From Squalus acanthias (lineage: Eukaryota): a stretch of DNA of 64,000 nucleotides. Where the stretch lies: the NCBI GenBank assembly GCA_030390025.1, contig CM059425.1, positions 172,238,001 to 172,302,000 on the forward strand. The letters are read 5' to 3'. Below, piece after piece: positions 61,530 to 64,000 of this stretch. Made by a program: the position numbers and the translations under genes. The stretch's first letter is position 1; each line of letters begins with the position of its first letter. The notes below the pieces were generated by a model. That model was not told where the DNA came from. It ran no database searches and was given only the letters and a program-made list of their open reading frames with translations.

Positions 61530-61887
61530 ATTTTATTTTTTCCACCCTTTTATTTGCCCCCCCCACCTTTTTTTTCCTCCTAGAAGCTGGCAGCTGTCCT
61601 TCATTCTGCCAGTGGATTTCACTCTTCTTTCAGCCTTAATCTGTCACATTAACACCACCTCTAGCCTTGCATATCTCTTAATGTCTCTTAATGTCTCTTC
61701 ATCTCCCCCTTTGTTCTTTTATCCCCTCTCCCTTTTCCCAGCTTTACCCTGGCCTTAAATCTATTTGATTTCCGGCTCTTCCCAGTTCTGACGAAAGGTC
61801 ATCGACCTGAAACGTTAACTCTCTTTCTCTCTCCACGGATGCTGCCTGGCCTGCTGAGTTTTTCCAGCGTTTTCTGTTGTTATTTCT
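61530..61887 (+). mobile_element. Penelope-like 3' UTR/pLTR
   Basis: Reverse-complement match to 27651-28030, including the hammerhead. Confidence 0.85.
61784..61820 (+). ncRNA. Minimal type I hammerhead ribozyme motif, best-preserved copy
   Basis: AGTT-CTGACGA-A-AGGTC-ATC-GACCT-GAA-ACGT-T-AACT: fully paired stems I and II with an intact CUGANGA/GAAA core. Confidence 0.78.
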
Positions 61888-63420
61888 TAAAATTTAAATT
61901 TGCTCTGATTTACAAAACTGGCTGCATATTCTTTACACAACTTAAGGAATTGGTAGATATATTTTTTGTAGAAACCTGATCTATTGAATGACCAGTTTTA
62001 TGTCTTTCAGTGCATCTTAGAAAGTCTGCTTTTAGTGACCTACTGTTTTTTTTAATTTCAGTCACACTCCTGTAATGTAATTTTATTGTTGCACTTGATG
62101 CCTCGGAAGAAATCTGGCTATGGCATGTAATTTATATTCAGTGAGGGAAACATAATTGAGGATAGGAGAAGCTGCATATTACTGAGTTTGCAAAATAGCT
62201 CTGAAATCTATTAACATACTATTGCAGTTTTGCCTTCAAAGTCAACAATTCCATCTTAAATGCTTTAGGCTTCTGGAATTCACACTGCGAATTCTAGCTA
62301 CCCTTGAATCTGGAGGAAAAGGCATAACGCATACTTTTAAGGTGTAATTTGGAGGGAAAGGAAATAAAATAGAAAATTCATGTAATTAAACTATCGCAAG
62401 GCACCTTTATTGTATCGCTATATAGAATTATCTTTTTTTATGGCTGTACCCACTTGAAAGGCTGCTTTTAATGTCTTGTGAACCTGAACCTGAAATCCCT
62501 CTGCTCTTCCATGTCATCCAGCCTTCCTTCATTCAAAAGTCGTTGATTGTCTTCAGTGACTGGTATCAACATGTAGTGAAGCATGGTCTTGCACAATACC
62601 ATCTTGAGTCATGAGCAATAACGGGTGGAAACTGGCTTAAAAGATTGTTTGATTTGAAAATAAACTGCAGTTTAGGGGTATACAATATTGGCTTGAAATT
62701 TTCAGTTTATTAAATAAGCTTTTTGCTTGTAGATTAGAGGTGACTTGAGTATTATTGATTTTTGACATTGCACTATTTCTGTAACCCAAAGGATAGTAAT
62801 TTACCATTAAAAACGTTATTTGCAGTAAATACAATGCATGTGAGCTTTTATGTATGTGGTACCCCCAGATGATACATCATGAATACTATGGTGAGAGGGC
62901 TAACCTGTTAACTTAAAGTAATAAAATTCCAGTGTGGTTAGCACCAAGAGTAGGGTATAAATCATACCTAATGGGACTTCCTAATATACTCTGTTCATGC
63001 CATACATTACAAATAAATCTAGTAAAGATGTGTAAAAGATAGGTTTAGTCATGCGCTGTATTCTTTTATGGATTATAGTTTGGTTCTAATGCTATTGCAG
63101 TATCACAGTTGCTAATTAGATTTGCATAATGTAGATTCATACTTTTAGTATTTTTACAAATTGATTTTCAACAGAAAAATTGTTCCACAAAATGCCACCA
63201 TTCTGAAATTTGAAAATATATTTCATATTTGTCATGTCACATTTAAAATTACATCAGCATGCACTGTATAATGTTTCTTGAAATGCCCTCCACCAAGCTC
63301 GTAATAAAATTTGAACTTTACAATATGACATATAATATATGCCTTTCTATACTTGGTATTAAATATGTGCTTGAAGGAAAAATATGTGGCTTGTTAATTT
63401 TTTTTTTAACTTTGGCGCAG

Positions 63421-63477
63421 GACAAGAAATGGGTTCTCAATCACGAAGATGTAACTCTTGGAGAATTACTGGGCAAA
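63421..63477 (+). CDS. FER: FER internal coding exon (start of kinase domain), 57 nt, phase 0-0
   Basis: Acceptor tttttttaactttggcgcag ends at 63420 and donor gtaagt starts at 63478. Translation DKKWVLNHEDVTLGELLGK leads into the kinase glycine loop. Confidence 0.95.
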
Positions 63478-63550
63478 GTAAGTGGAAAAGTCTCCCTGAC
63501 TGATTTATTAGTTAACTCTTTAAGATGTGCAGTGGCATATTTTCATTATA

Positions 63551-63888
63551 CAGGAAACTCTCGTTTAAACGGCATTTTCTATTAACCGGCAAAATTCATA
63601 CTCCGAAAACAACACCTCAATAACCGTTTTGTTTTACTGTTAAGTAATTAAAGAGTTATGGATTACCCTCAACTGGCAGTACTGTATTTAATCAAGCATC
63701 TTCCACCATCCATTTAACACAACATTCTGTAGGTGAGTACCCAATTACTGTATACTGCACATTTCTTGATTTTTTTATTTTTGTTTGTTAAAAATAGCCT
63801 CGGTAGATAACCCTCTCCGTCATCGGGAATTTTTAATCAACCGGCACCATCCCAGTCCCATCGGTGCCGGATACCAAAGAGTTTCCTG
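63551..63888. mobile_element. Tc1/mariner (pogo/Tigger-like) MITE
   Basis: TA|CAGGAAACTCT...AGAGTTTCCTG|TA; repeated aaccggca subterminal motifs. Confidence 0.85.
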
Positions 63889-64000
63889 TATCATATTATA
63901 GGCAACAATTTTCCATTTATTCTTTCAACTGAACTGTAAAAACATCTGTTCAGTTTGTCAGTACCTTGGTCTTATTCTGATTTATGAAAGTTAGATTTTT

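Overview
Vertebrate genomic DNA, most likely a cartilaginous fish (shark or ray). This is inferred from the repeat complement: SacSINE1/Deu-domain SINEs, abundant CR1 and L2 LINEs, and Penelope tails. The only host gene I can support is the non-receptor tyrosine kinase FER on the + strand, as three phase-0 coding exons: 8607-8810 and 15262-15384 (SH2 domain) and 63421-63477 (kinase N-terminus), the last two separated by a 48-kb intron. The rest is intronic and dominated by repeats. These are several CR1 copies (two with uninterrupted RT ORFs), L2 and a second CR1/L2-group LINE, and Penelope-like elements carrying minimal hammerhead ribozyme motifs. There is also a decayed two-gene PIF/Harbinger transposon with related MITEs, hAT and Tc1/mariner MITEs, a 770-bp solo LTR, two polypurine satellites and a 3-kb 36-bp minisatellite. 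The most notable observations are (1) sense-strand hammerhead motifs in the FER pre-mRNA, (2) a MITE family with covarying hairpins, a fixed E-box/CCAAT pair and apparent 2-bp AT target duplications, and (3) a sense solo LTR between the SH2 and kinase exons. All family assignments come from motif recognition by eye; no database search was run.
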